DNA of 62,045 bases, filler included, from Porpidia crustulata (lineage: Eukaryota): NCBI GenBank assembly GCA_964255105.1. It is 20 parts of 20 records of this genome, joined end to end, with 100 filler letters (N's around TTAATTAATTAA, not from the genome) between each part and the next. Parts side by side here need not be neighbours in the genome. Positions count along the whole stretch, not along the records: positions 25,107 to 28,126 come from CAXUWE010002367.1; positions 28,227 to 31,236 come from CAXUWE010002368.1; positions 31,337 to 34,340 come from CAXUWE010002369.1; positions 34,441 to 37,439 come from CAXUWE010002370.1; 16 more parts are not named here. One strand, 5' to 3'. A model generated the notes under the pieces. The model saw only the letters and a program-made list of their open reading frames with translations. It had not been told where the DNA came from and made no database searches. Shown here piece by piece: positions 25,249 to 36,890 of this stretch. Numbering within the stretch: position 1 is the first letter of the stretch; the number at the start of each line of letters is the position of its first letter. The translations under genes were made by a program, and so were the position numbers.

Positions 25249-25824
25249 TCATTTTCTAAGCAAAAAGTCCAACGAGATAGGATGTCCTCTATCTAGACTG
25301 ATACGATATATCAACTTCAAGGATGCGGCCGTTCTTCTCCTGTTCTCTTCCACTCGGCCTTCCGAACAATGGCTTGTCGGATCAGCGTTCCTGATTAAGC
25401 CCCAACCCTCTTTTGCAACCACTCCGACATCGCCTACAGCCCTTGCAATTGGTATCGTCATAACAATGATCGTCCTTTTCACATTTGGCATCATATCCCC
25501 CCAGATGAAAGTCCAACTGCCGCTCAGAAAGGCTTGACAAACTCGATGCCCTACCAAGCAGACGCAGACATCTATCACAGGCCATGTCCAGAGCAGATTC
25601 AAAGAGGATAGAAGACAGCTCACGGCTCTGGCCATCTGCGGTTTCGGCTTTCCCATGGCTTCAAAAGCCGCAAGGCAATGTGCATTGCCATCGGCCGTCC
25701 CAAACAAGAGATTATGATGGATTGGGATGGTACGTGTCTCACATAGGGCTTGGTAGGCTGGTTCCCTTACTACATTTGCTTTGAGGGCAGCGCCGGCTAT
25801 GGTGCTGCTCTTAAGAAATTCCAC
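25249..25824 (-). CDS. Possible hypothetical protein, structure unclear
   Basis: 191-codon ORF with a non-ATG start and a possible intron (GTGAGC..TAG). No family recognised. Confidence 0.2.
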   Translation of the reverse strand: MEFLKSSTIAGAALKANVVREPAYQALCETRTIPIHHNLLFGTADGNAHCLAAFEAMGKPKPQMARAVSCLLSSLNLLWTWPVIDVCVCLVGHRVCQAFLSGSWTFIWGDMMPNVKRTIIVMTIPIARAVGDVGVVAKEGWGLIRNADPTSHCSEGRVEENRRRTAASLKLIYRISLDRGHPISLDFLLRK

Positions 25825-26752
25825 TGCGGCAGCTCTCAGTTCGAAAGTCTTACATTGGGGGGGTGGGACAAAGTCGCTGAAGCGGCAGTGATTGGAGAAA
25901 AGAAGAGGGAAGAGGGATGCGGAAAAGGTATCAGACCAGCAAGTGAGAATGTCCCACTTGTATTCTTGTCTCTGGTTTCACACCTGCAGAATGAGAGCAA
26001 TCTTGTGTAATCACACAATCACGAGGAATTATGTGCAACTCTATTGCGATTAGACGCCCAGAAATAGGATTTTCATGACATAGCCGTCAAAGGTGTCAAC
26101 CTTTAAGAATCATCTCTTCGCATACATAGGTACCGTTCATCTTTCTTTAGCTTTCAAATATCAATAAGAAAGCTCACCTCATTTGAACAGCACATAGGCA
26201 GTGAGCTTACACTTTTGGGGCTTCGGATGCCGCGACCCTTCGTAGGGCACCGTAGATTAGAGCTGAGCCGAGACAGCTGGAGAAATTCGAAAAATGATAC
26301 TCCATAATCCTCGATGTTGAGGCAGAAGTCACTAAGAAGATACTACAGCAACATACAGCCCAAAGTAGTTCAAAACGAGTCCGGTCTAGCTTTATTCAGC
26401 TACATGTGCACCATTTCCTTGACACATCCATCTCAGCCCTACAAAGTACGGCGACGTATCATTCATGCTGCATACCCTGCCCTTACTCTTAGCCTTACGG
26501 CATTACAAAACTCCAGTCATGGTGGCAATTTCATTGACCAAGGAACATCAGACCAAGGTAAGGCTTTAAATAATCGTGTGAATTATTCGATGAGCAGCAT
26601 CTACAACTAAGCCTTTCGTGCTCAACCTTCAAGTTTTGATGAAAATTTAAGGGTTACCTTACACTGACCACCTACACCTAGCGATCACTTTCTCGGTGTA
26701 GGCTTGCCGGCCACCGGGAATACTGAATGGAGCTGCTCGGGGAAAGCAAAGA

Positions 26753-27353
26753 ATGCCTCGTCCAAAAAGCCAAATTCCTTCGCTACAAGGCCGTATCAAC
26801 GCAGTCTCTCCCAGAACTAAGCGATCCATATCTTCTCTGCCTTTAGGGGCGCGCCTTCGAATCTACAAGCTGGCTCTCATATTTCGAGATGAGAAATATG
26901 GATGTCCAGAGCAATTCATGATTGGCGTAGGGAATTTGACAAGCCCGGCGAGCCCCGCTGTTGTACGGGCTTGTCGAGCAATTCACTCCGAGGCGGTACC
27001 GGTGCTGTACGAGGACAATACATTTCAACTCTCATGGCCTGTGGCCGCGATTCGATGGCTTCGTACTATTGGTATGATCAACATTGTGTGTCTACGGACA
27101 CTTCGTATATTCGTGGAAGGGGTTTTTGAGCAGTCATCAAGAAGGGGATGGTACGAGTTATTCAGAAAATTGGGTCGATGAGTATTTACCTTGATCGTAT
27201 GGGAATGCATCGCGGTTAGGATCTGATGAGAAATTTTTGCAGGCCTTGGTGGAGATCAGAAGCTTGGAAGAATTGAAGATGGGTGGCTATTTCGATAGAC
27301 ATTGGCTGGACTACGTGGAGAATAACATGGGCGTAAGAGTAGAGAGAACCTAA
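26753..27353 (+). pseudogene. F-box-like/DUF7730-type hypothetical protein pseudogene
   Basis: SSLPLGARLRIYKLAL..VVRACRAIHSEAVPVLYEDNTF..WLRTIG. After TGA 27179-81 the C-terminus SDEKFLQALVEIRSLEELKMGGYFDRHWLDYVENNMGVRV* lies in another frame. Confidence 0.6.
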
Positions 27354-29093
27354 GTCCGCAGATTCAGCTTTTCTGGAAATTGCTCTGGATGATTCACTTT
27401 GTTGGAAGAGCTACGGAACTTACACTATTTGTTTTTTATACCCATCGCTTAGTGGATTGCAGAATTTACGCTGGAAGGCAAGTCAGAATGTCATTTCAAT
27501 TGCATAGCAGCGGACGATTCAACATATGAAAATTCTACAAAAACTACACTTAGCAGGAATGAGAAAGATAGCTTGAAGAGCTCAAATCTCATCATAGCGC
27601 AGGAATTGTGGTGGTCTCATTTCGGTAAAGACGATTGATTTATAGACACACAGGAGACGCCAGCATGAGAGACCTTGTCCATAAGATCGAAAATTATCGA
27701 TCGGAAATAGAATTTGCTGAGGGACAAAAATTTCATTATGCGACTCTTCCGACAAGGTCGGAGATCGACGGAGATCCAGAGTCGCAACATTATAGGAGCT
27801 TTACGTCTAGCCTTACCTTTACACTTCTTTCCCGTCTAGCCGTGTATTCACGATCCGAACCTTAGTCCGATTGACTCGCATGAAGCAGTCCATTCAACTT
27901 TCGCGCGCAAAAACTCCCCTAGCGGATGTTTCGCTAGCACATGGTACAGAAGATAAACATGCGATTGTCAAAATTCTATGAGATACACAGTGCAGCGTTA
28001 CTAAAATTTTCCATGTCAATTGCGTTGAGAACAACATATCCAAAGTGGAGGTCACCGCCACCTTGACGTCGCCATCTCAATCCAACTCCACCCCAACCCA
28101 ACAAACCCCACTATGCTCTCCCTCCTNNNNNNNNNNNNNNNNNNNNNNNNNNNNNNNNNNNNNNNNNNNNTTAATTAATTAANNNNNNNNNNNNNNNNNN
28201 NNNNNNNNNNNNNNNNNNNNNNNNNNGGGATAAGGCGGGGTGGAGGTGGCTACTTGCGCTAGAAACGGTTGCGGCTGCACGGGGGCAGATTTAGACGACA
28301 CCTGATATGTACACGCCGCCTTGGAGCATTTATCTGCAAACACGACTAATTCTTTATGTGCAGCCATTGTTGCACTGGCCTCGGATTTCTTAGCCCAGTA
28401 TCAAATGTCATGCATGCATTCACCGTGTTTTGCTTCCCACTGAGGCAGCTCTCGAATGCAAGGGACGCAGTTACACGAGGTTCGAGTGTCAAAACGCATT
28501 ACCATGGCTGTGCTGTTCATGAAGGACTCTAGCAACCATCAACTAGAGTTCTTTTGAAGTGAGATGACGACAAGACTGTCAGGTGTGACGGCTGAGTGCA
28601 TGCTTCTTTTCCCTGTGCTTTGATTTCAGTCACACCGCTGTCGGTTCGCAAGTGGAGAAGCTCTCTGCATGTAGGCGACTGGGATCGGCATCGTTAAGTC
28701 AAACGCTTGATAAATTCAGTTGCTCAGGTTCAACAAGTTTCTCAGGTACGGTGCAGGTTACCTCTCATGCCGGTTCTCGATCTTTGTAGTCGTATTTCAC
28801 ACATCAATTCGCTTTCTTGAATCTCTGATAGCCCAATGCCTATTGACGAGTGCGCCGTAAATGCTCCAGGTGGCTATCTATGTTTTCCTGTGGCACAGAG
28901 GAGGTAAAAAGGTGTGGCGAATTTCATCTATCGGTAACACTCAAGACCCCGTAATTCGGACGTCCAAGTTTCATTCATCACTTGGCTGAGACGGCCTCGT
29001 CGACACTCTTCAACACTTACTGGTATCTCGCAGAGAGATCTGGCAACCCAGCTCAATTCTAGGCATTCCTCCAAATTTTCTTGTCGTGTCTCA

Positions 29094-30458
29094 ATGGTTG
29101 TTCTCATGCTGTCGGCCATAATTCACATCGATCAAATAGGACCTGTGTCGACGGCAGGATTAACGCCTCCGTCGGGAGTCACCTCGAATTTCATCAATCC
29201 TCACTCGGACAAAGGTGCTATCATTTTGACCTTAGCGTTGTGCCTAAGTGCCAGTACTCTCCTGGTCTGGACAAGACTGTATACGAAATGCTTCGTTGGT
29301 CGATTCGTCGGATGGGAAGACTGTAATATATTCTAACTGTATCAGTGCTTTTTGCATTTCGTCCCGCATTGATGGCTAATTTCTAAATAGATACGTCTTT
29401 AATTGCATGGGTACCATTAGACTTTGCCCGTAACATGGCGTCATGCTGATGATTTCCAGATTGGTTTAATAGGTTACTGTGTGATTGGCGCTGAGGGTAT
29501 TAAATTCGGTTTTGGCGTCCATCAATGGGACGTCCCGATTGCGAGAATGACCCAGTTCAGAAAGGTCAGTATTGCCTTGCTCGAATACCAAGACATGATT
29601 AGTGAGCTCAATAAGCCTCTATAGTTGGCCAACGCTGTAGCAATATTCTACTGCCCTTTGATATTTACAACAAAGCTTTCGATATTCTTATTGTATCTTC
29701 GAATATTCGTCCCCACCCGTCGAGGTATCCGCTACTACATCACGCTTGTTCTCATCTGGTTCAACCTACTCGTTTATATTGCAATAATGCTCCTATCAAT
29801 ATTCCAATGCGTGCCAAGAATTAGGATATGGGATCCGTCGGTGCCAGGACATTGTATCAATCTCGGCGTCAGTCAAACCATCTCGGCCTCTGTGAATGTG
29901 TTTTCCGACTTCGCCATGCTTCTACTACCCATAGAATCAATCTGGCAATTGCAGATGGCTACGAAGCAGAAGATTGGAATTTCAGCAGTTTTTGCGGTGG
30001 GGCTATTGTAAGTCTTCCCCGGCGTACTTCAGTCCCTTCAGCGACGCTTTTCTGAGTCGATACACGCCAGTGCATGCTTTTCGAGTATTATGCGCCTCGT
30101 CACGAGTATCGAGGTTATACACAATCAAGACCTCACATATCGGCTGAATGAAGAATACCTTTGGACGTGCGTATTGTCTTATGGTCTTCATTAATGGTTT
30201 GTCTAAAGACTTGTCTTTAGGGTCGCAGAAATTGCCAGTGGACTCCTTTGTGGCTGCCTTCCTATCCTCCCACAGCTATTCCGTCATTTGGTTCCCAAGG
30301 TTACCGGCATGTACAGATCAAAAGGGAGAACTACAAGGATCTCTGCTGTGTCGAATTCTGGGAAACCGCTGGCCTCGGGTGATGTTCGAGACAGTCGTCT
30401 ATCTCGTATTGACGGTTCTTACATCGAGCTAGATGAGCAGGATCGTGGCCGAGCGTGA
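29094..30458 (+). CDS. PTH11-like (rhodopsin-domain) 7-TM membrane protein without CFEM, multi-exon
   Basis: PPSGVTSNFINP, RLYTK..GWED, GFGVHQWDV, TKLSIFLLYLRIF, FQCVP..WD...GHC, NVFSDFAMLLLP, AEIASGLLCGCLP; TGA 30456-30458. Confidence 0.88.
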
Positions 30459-31177
30459 AATAAGACTAGACGAGAACGGAGACTGTGTTTCGATTCTTGA
30501 TGATACTGATCCAGAAGGAGATCGCCACCGTAATCTAGTCCCTTAATCAAGTAGCAGTGTAAAGATATTTTTGGTGAGACGTTGCACGGGATGTCGAGAG
30601 CTTCTGTACTTCTTCTAGACTCTCCCGTGTCTCCCTAACAGCGATGTCGTTAAATCATTCTAGATGATAAGCTTGCTCAGACGTGAGCCAAAAAAAAAAG
30701 TTGAGAATAAAGGACCCCGATGTCAAGACTGTCATATCAAAACAGAACAAGTTTTGTATCACAAGGTCTGTTTGCACGACACACCAGATCACAACTTCGA
30801 AATTCAAATGCTTCTTGAGGGACGCATGACCTAATCCTCAGCACAAAAACACTGTACAAGCCAAATCCCTTAGTCTTGCCTTATATGCGTGCCCACAGTC
30901 AGAAACATCTCAAATACCAGCGCACCGTGTCCTCAGCGAAATACGCTTCGATCTTGTTGATCATTTCGACAAATAGATACGCGTATAGCGCGTCATCTAG
31001 ATCTTGCATCCCCCTTTCGGATATGTTTGATAGATTAGTGGCGAAGCGATGAGTTTTGAATATGGGAGTTCCTTGAGGGATTAAAGGAGTAGTATGAAAA
31101 GGAAAAAGAAAGCTATTTTTGAGAGGAAAAAGTGCTTGAGAGATGGGTCTGATTATGAAAACTTGAGAGATTCTCTC

Positions 31178-31230
31178 CTTCTTCTTCTTCTTCTTCTTCT
31201 TCGTCTGCTTCTTCTTCTTTTTCTCCTTCC
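31178..31230. repeat. Imperfect (CTT)n microsatellite
   Basis: CTTCTTCTTCTT.. run at the contig end. Confidence 0.85.
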
Positions 31231-31336
31231 TCGAACNNNNNNNNNNNNNNNNNNNNNNNNNNNNNNNNNNNNNNNNNNNNTTAATTAATTAANNNNNNNN
31301 NNNNNNNNNNNNNNNNNNNNNNNNNNNNNNNNNNNN

Positions 31337-32348
31337 GGAGCCGGTCGACAAACTGCAAGGATCAAGTATCCTTGAGAACAGCCTCGGACGAGCAGTGGAA
31401 GGTGAGTGCCATTGAAGCATACTTTTCCAGCTCCTACCTGACATCTGAGGATTATTAGGTTCATCAAAGCTTGTCGATCTGGTCGGAGGTCTCCCTTTGG
31501 CAATCAATCAAGCCGGTTCGTATATACGAAAGACAGGCACAAATTTGCCTGAGTACATCGAGCTATACGGTCAAGCATGGGCAAGATTGATGGAGAAGCA
31601 GCATCGTTCCACTATACCAGAGGATAAAGGCAGCATTCTAACGACATGGACATTGTCATATAATTCGCTCCGGGACCCAAGTGAGAATGCAGCCAATCTC
31701 TTGATGCTGTGGGCGTTTCATGATAATCAAGATCTCTGGTACGAGCTTCTTACGCCTGCACTGAATCTTCAAATTGCGGACAGAGTGCCTCATTGATTCG
31801 CCAGTTGTGCAGGTGACAAAATCGATTTCAATGAGTGCATTGAATTTTTGTTGGAGTATTCCTTCATCGACGCGAAAGCTGAATCACCTTCTTTCTCTAT
31901 GCATCCTGTACTTCATCATTGGTGCTTTCACACATTTGAAGAAGACGAGTTTACTATGAGCTGGCTCGCCATGATCATTGTTGCATCCGCTGTACCTTCA
32001 GAGATCGTACTTGATTATTCGCTCATACAGAGACGTTTCCTTCTACATTGTGATCGTGTCCACCTAAGGCTGCAGCAACGTATACATGAAGGCTTGATAA
32101 ATGAGGAAGATCTTCCGTCTTTTAGCGACGCATGTCATCGGCTAGCAAATCTGTACTCGGATCAAGGCAAGATGAAAGAAGCCGAGGACATGTATGTGCG
32201 GGCATTGACAGGGAAGGAAAAGGCCTGGGGTCCTGAACACATATCGACGCTTAATACGGTCAACAATCTAGGAATTTTGTACAAGAATCAAGGCAAGATG
32301 AAAGAAGCCGAGGATATGTTTCAACGTGCGAAAACTAGAAAATCCTAA
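31337..32348 (+). pseudogene. Fungal NLR (NB-ARC + TPR), 5' truncated, one in-frame TGA
   Basis: LVGGLPLAINQAGSYI (GxP motif), SILTTWTLSY, AANLLMLWAF, H*F (TGA 31794-96), SMHPVLH (MHD-like), and 42-aa TPR units whose DNA repeats 126 nt apart (32161/32287). Confidence 0.82.
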
Positions 32349-32652
32349 TAGCTTTGGATCGAGACGATCATCTATGGTCTACAGACGCTCCTACAACTCG
32401 GAGCCTTTGAGATTGATTTCGATGGAAATTTGGCCTTCACCGACCCTATCTCAAGTCCCTTGGTCGATACTGGGATACGTCAAGATCCGCTACGACTGAG
32501 GGTTCCTCAAGGCGACTTCGGGAAGGGAAATTGACACGTGGTACGTGCGCAACAGTCCATAGTCTTAGTCTTACTGAAATCTGGCAAAGAACGGGACCTA
32601 GCCCCAATACCTTCTACCCGTGACGAATTGATGTTGGATCCGACGTATTTTA

Positions 32653-33316
32653 CATTACCGAGCTCAACATCTGGTTCTTACGACAGCGTAGCGTCTTCTT
32701 GAAGAAGGTTGTTCCGAGTTGGTGTGAATATCTGAAATATTAAAGAAGCGTATATGGGACTGTCCTGATGAATCTGAACAGGGGGTTACGTATCGTGCAT
32801 ACAATAACACCGTGGAGCACCCTTTTAAGAGCGTGCTTTCATCCATGATCGTTATTCGTGATTCTGTGATTCATCGTCGGCGGTTGAGTACCTTCAAGGT
32901 TGCGACAGTGATACCACCTGCGACCAAACTTATTAACGCATTTCAGGATGACCGCCGAGCTGTACAGTTAAGTGAGATACGGAAAGAACTACTGAATCAG
33001 AGCAAAGTCCTTGCAATTACAAAGGCTTCACTTCAAACAAAGGTTGCAGATGAAATTCGCGTTCTCTGACCGACGTGCAGAGCTTAAACGAATGGAGGAA
33101 CAATCTAAAATGGCTATGAGCAAAGAGCACGATAAAAAACAATCATTAATGGGCGATCTGCCCGCAGGCACTGTTTCCAAAGTCCTCATAAAACAAGACA
33201 AAGGGAGTAATGGGGATAATATGTCGAATAGTATGTGTGGAGGGACAGCTTTTGAGGAAACAAACACGGTGGGCAGCAAGCTTGGATTTAGCAAAGAGCA
33301 AGTTAGCGCAGCCTGA
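32653..33316 (+). pseudogene. RxxxxH (HEPN-like) plus coiled-coil hypothetical protein pseudogene
   Basis: HYRAQHLVLTTA*RLLEEGC..WDCPD..IRDSVIHR..FQDDRRAVQLSEI, a frameshift near 33065, then DRRAELKRMEEQ. Stops at 32689 and 32725. Confidence 0.55.
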
Positions 33317-34165
33317 ATGATTATATGGCTTCATCGATCGCATCATCACAGGAAAACTCGTCACTAGAAGGTTCTTCATTGTTAATGCTTCGCAAATTAC
33401 GGAAGTCTGTACCCATAATCTTCTAAACGACGTATTGTGTATCTCTCATCTCAAATGCGACTACTAGATTCACCACGGAGTCTAGCAGCTTGTCGAATAC
33501 ATCACGATGCGTAGCATGAGATGTGGCCATCTCGGACACCTAATTCCCTTCTTGACTCTAGTGTTTCAAACTCCCCAAGCTAGGCGCGGTATCCTCGAGG
33601 TGGCAGTTTCGCATCTATACTTCTCATGGATTAGGAACTCATTTCACTGTTTATTTTTCAGGTACTCGTTGTCTTTTAACCCAAGTAAATGGTCCCAAAG
33701 CTCTGGAGCAGCAAATACATCTGAGCAAGCGATAGTACAAGCTACGAAGAGTTGTCCTCCTTCCTCATGCTTGAAAAAAGAATCTGGAGCGCCCCTAGCA
33801 ACGAAGATGTTGTAGAGATCTAAATTGTTCGCAATCGTTCGAAATTTTGTAGATGCAATAGTGTCTCGGCTTCTAAGGCCTCGTGAAAATAGGTGTCCTC
33901 TGTTCCAGACGTCCCAATCTCTTCAAAGGGTTTTCGGAGAGGAAACCAATCAAAATCATCCTCCAAACAGATTGAGCTACTGTTCTGCTCCTTCGTCATC
34001 TCTCAGCAGCGTTAAAGCGGAGAGACGCGAGACATTGAACATGGAGCCAGAGTATAGTTCACAGCAGTAAATGTATCAGTCATTGAATCTTCAGCGCACA
34101 GGGAATACAGGCAAAACTGATGAAAATGGATACAATAAACAGAATATTAGAAGTGCAAGTGGAGT

Positions 34166-34340
34166 CTATGCACGCAACATGAACTTATGCACCTTCGCAG
34201 TGTGGTTCTTAAAAGACGTGACGTTTGACGGAACCAATTTGGCTGCCTTGCATCGCGGATGCGGACACGGGACCTGATCATCTGTTTCGAACTCCTTCAA
34301 GTGCTTCCCAACCTCATCCATCATCTTGCTTGCTCGACAA
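34166..34340 (-). CDS. C-terminal C2H2 zinc-finger tail resembling DUF3435 tyrosine recombinase (Starship captain), 5' truncated
   Basis: CRASKMMDEVGKHLKEFETDDQVPCPHPRCKAAKLVPSNVTSFKNHTAKVHKFMLRA* (TAG 34168-34166); not in the ORF track. Confidence 0.62.
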
Positions 34341-35129
34341 NNNNNNNNNNNNNNNNNNNNNNNNNNNNNNNNNNNNNNNNNNNNTTAATTAATTAANNNN
34401 NNNNNNNNNNNNNNNNNNNNNNNNNNNNNNNNNNNNNNNNGAGTTGGACGGGTGTTTGTGAGAGGGACGGGGTTTTCAGAGTGGTGGTTGTGGCATGTTG
34501 ATTTGATGGATGCGAGATTGCGAGCGAATGGATGAGTCAATGAGACTGAGCGATAGATACCAAGTATGGATGCACGAGGAGGTTTGCTTTTGTAGATAGA
34601 ATGGCGTAGCATAGCTAACAAATCAGGAATTGAGGAGCTTCAGCGGTTTTTGTAGTACTGTGTACGTGTCGGACCGCTGTCTCGTCTTTTTCTTCCCTTG
34701 ATCCGGGTTCTCGTCCAGTGAGGGTTGGTATAGTTTAAACTTCGTTTAGCCACATAAATATACCACGTGGTTCCTGAATTCTTGGGTAGAAGCAGGTTCT
34801 ATGGCTTTCTTTCCGGGTCCTACATCCATTCTGTTGGAGACAACGTTGGCGTGAGGGGGGGAGGGGAAAGAGTGGGGAAAGTTGATTTGCGCTCCTGATG
34901 AGCGGATTTGAGAGAGCCAGGCTGGGGCTACTTCCTTGGTGGTGAATTGTGATCGTAAAGTTTCTAAAAACTTGGACCTGTCGTCTTTTGCGGTGAGGAC
35001 GGATGTTCAGTAGTGGAATTTGATCGGGCTCTCAAGCGGAAGAGTCCTGTTCGGACAGGCTTTGCTGGAGGCTGAGGTCCAAGTCAGGTATAGTAGATCA
35101 GTAGACGATATCGCACCCTTGCTCACATC

Positions 35130-36890
35130 TCATGCCGGGCGCCTCAAGGGATGTGCTTCGGTATTCAGAACGTATTCGTCCAGGCTTATAACGTCAGGCT
35201 CGCTGAAGATGAGGTAGAAATACTTCAGCGTTTCCGCTAGCCAGAAGCTTTCCATGCGGTTGTCCTTGGGAGGTTCCAGGACCGTGACGTCAGAGATGGC
35301 AGAACTGGCGATGCTAGTCCTGGTGTGTTTTTCAATGGCTTCGAACATTCGCCATGCGGCGTCCTGGAGGGTGGTATCCCCGGTGATGCGGTAGAGGATG
35401 AAGACGCTTTCGATGGCTTCTGGGCGGAGTATATATCTCCGGTCCGAAATATCGGAGAAGCCAGGAGGGAGTCGGTTTTCCTTGATGATTTGATCAACAC
35501 GATCCATGTCTGGACGTTTCCCATCCTTTGAGTTGATATATGCAACCGCCTCATGCCACTTCGTCTCATCCCATACGCAGGATGAGGCGTTCTCGCAACG
35601 AGCCATGTGGAACAATTCTGGCATGATTCGCGTCGGCAGGTTATCGTATGCCCAGATACAGCCGTCCACGAGCTTCCGAGCAACGGATATGTCTTCAGGC
35701 CGATCAAAGATCTTGGCGCCAATCCCGACCATGCCACCGCTGAAGCAACCGAGATGCTGTCCTCGCGGATCAATTCGTACCGTCGTGTCCTCAAGAACAT
35801 CTGCAGATCCAGGAACCAAGATGTCTGCGTTGTCAGGGGTCAGGGGTCGAAAGAAGATGTAGTTTTTGATTGTGACCATGGCGAGTTCGTACATTTCCTT
35901 GTACTGCTGAGTCAACCCGCCAAGAAGCATGTGCTGTTTTGGTAGATATTCGTAGAGAGAATCCGCCATACCTCCTATTGTGAATCCACGATAATCGTAA
36001 GTCATATGTTTTGCGTTCATAATCACCGGCCACAGGCCTGGCAAGTGGGTCTTGCTTTGGGCTCTATACAACTCGCCCATGATTCTGTTTATAAAATCGT
36101 AGTACTTCAGATCTCCGGTCAATTGAGAAAGTCTCGTAAACTCCAAGGTAAGAGAGCCAAGCTCCGCTATCAGTGTGTTCTCACCCGCTTGTAGCTCCTC
36201 GCCTTCCTTTGCTGCCTCCCATCGAAAACGGGTCACTGGCATATGATTTTGAGTGTCGAATGCCCGGCAAAGTAAGTCTCCTATCTCAGTAGCCTTCTCT
36301 AGAAGCACCGGGAAAGTTTGATTGCTAAGATCGTAAGCTCCCAGCAAGCCACCCAAGTACCTGATGGTTGTTTCGAAAACATTGAATTCGTCAGACTCGG
36401 TTGTGGAAAAGTCGATCTGGCTCATGGCCTCCACAGCACGAGCGAAGTCTTCCTCCATCCCCATCAACCATAGAGTATCAAGCGTATCCACTAGGGTTGC
36501 AGCCCACCCTCCAAAGGTTGTCACGTATCCACCTGTCACAGGCAGAAGTTCATCCTTCATCCACGCGTTTGCCGCATATCCTTTCCAAGAGTGCTTGAAG
36601 CTGGATTTGACGGCGGCGAGTTTCTCCGCTCGTCTAGTCCTTACTTCTACCGACTCAACCGCGAATTCATGTTGTATTCTAGGTATTATAACGCGATCTC
36701 CAGAGGGTAATCGAGTCATCCGCAAGACTGGGTACCGCGTATTGGACATATCACGAAACCAGGCATCGGAATGCGATTCGCCAAGCTTTGGAGTTACTGT
36801 TGGGTGTATACTTTGGGAGAAGTACCAGAAGGAAACAAGTACAGACGCTGCAAAGAGCAGGGCCGTGACACGCTTGCGAGGAAGAAACAT
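35130..36890 (-). CDS. GH47 class I alpha-1,2-mannosidase, intronless
   Basis: N-terminal signal anchor; FGGWAATLVDTLDTL, VFETTIRYLGGLL, ADSLYEYLPK, HLGCF, YILRPEAIES, MESFWLAETLKYFYL, NTEAHPL. Confidence 0.95.
   Translation of the reverse strand: MFLPRKRVTALLFAASVLVSFWYFSQSIHPTVTPKLGESHSDAWFRDMSNTRYPVLRMTRLPSGDRVIIPRIQHEFAVESVEVRTRRAEKLAAVKSSFKHSWKGYAANAWMKDELLPVTGGYVTTFGGWAATLVDTLDTLWLMGMEEDFARAVEAMSQIDFSTTESDEFNVFETTIRYLGGLLGAYDLSNQTFPVLLEKATEIGDLLCRAFDTQNHMPVTRFRWEAAKEGEELQAGENTLIAELGSLTLEFTRLSQLTGDLKYYDFINRIMGELYRAQSKTHLPGLWPVIMNAKHMTYDYRGFTIGGMADSLYEYLPKQHMLLGGLTQQYKEMYELAMVTIKNYIFFRPLTPDNADILVPGSADVLEDTTVRIDPRGQHLGCFSGGMVGIGAKIFDRPEDISVARKLVDGCIWAYDNLPTRIMPELFHMARCENASSCVWDETKWHEAVAYINSKDGKRPDMDRVDQIIKENRLPPGFSDISDRRYILRPEAIESVFILYRITGDTTLQDAAWRMFEAIEKHTRTSIASSAISDVTVLEPPKDNRMESFWLAETLKYFYLIFSEPDVISLDEYVLNTEAHPLRRPA

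Noticed and set aside
33600..34070. Additional cargo gene between the captain-like tail and the RxxxxH gene
   Set aside because: Only short stop-interrupted frames with no recognisable family.
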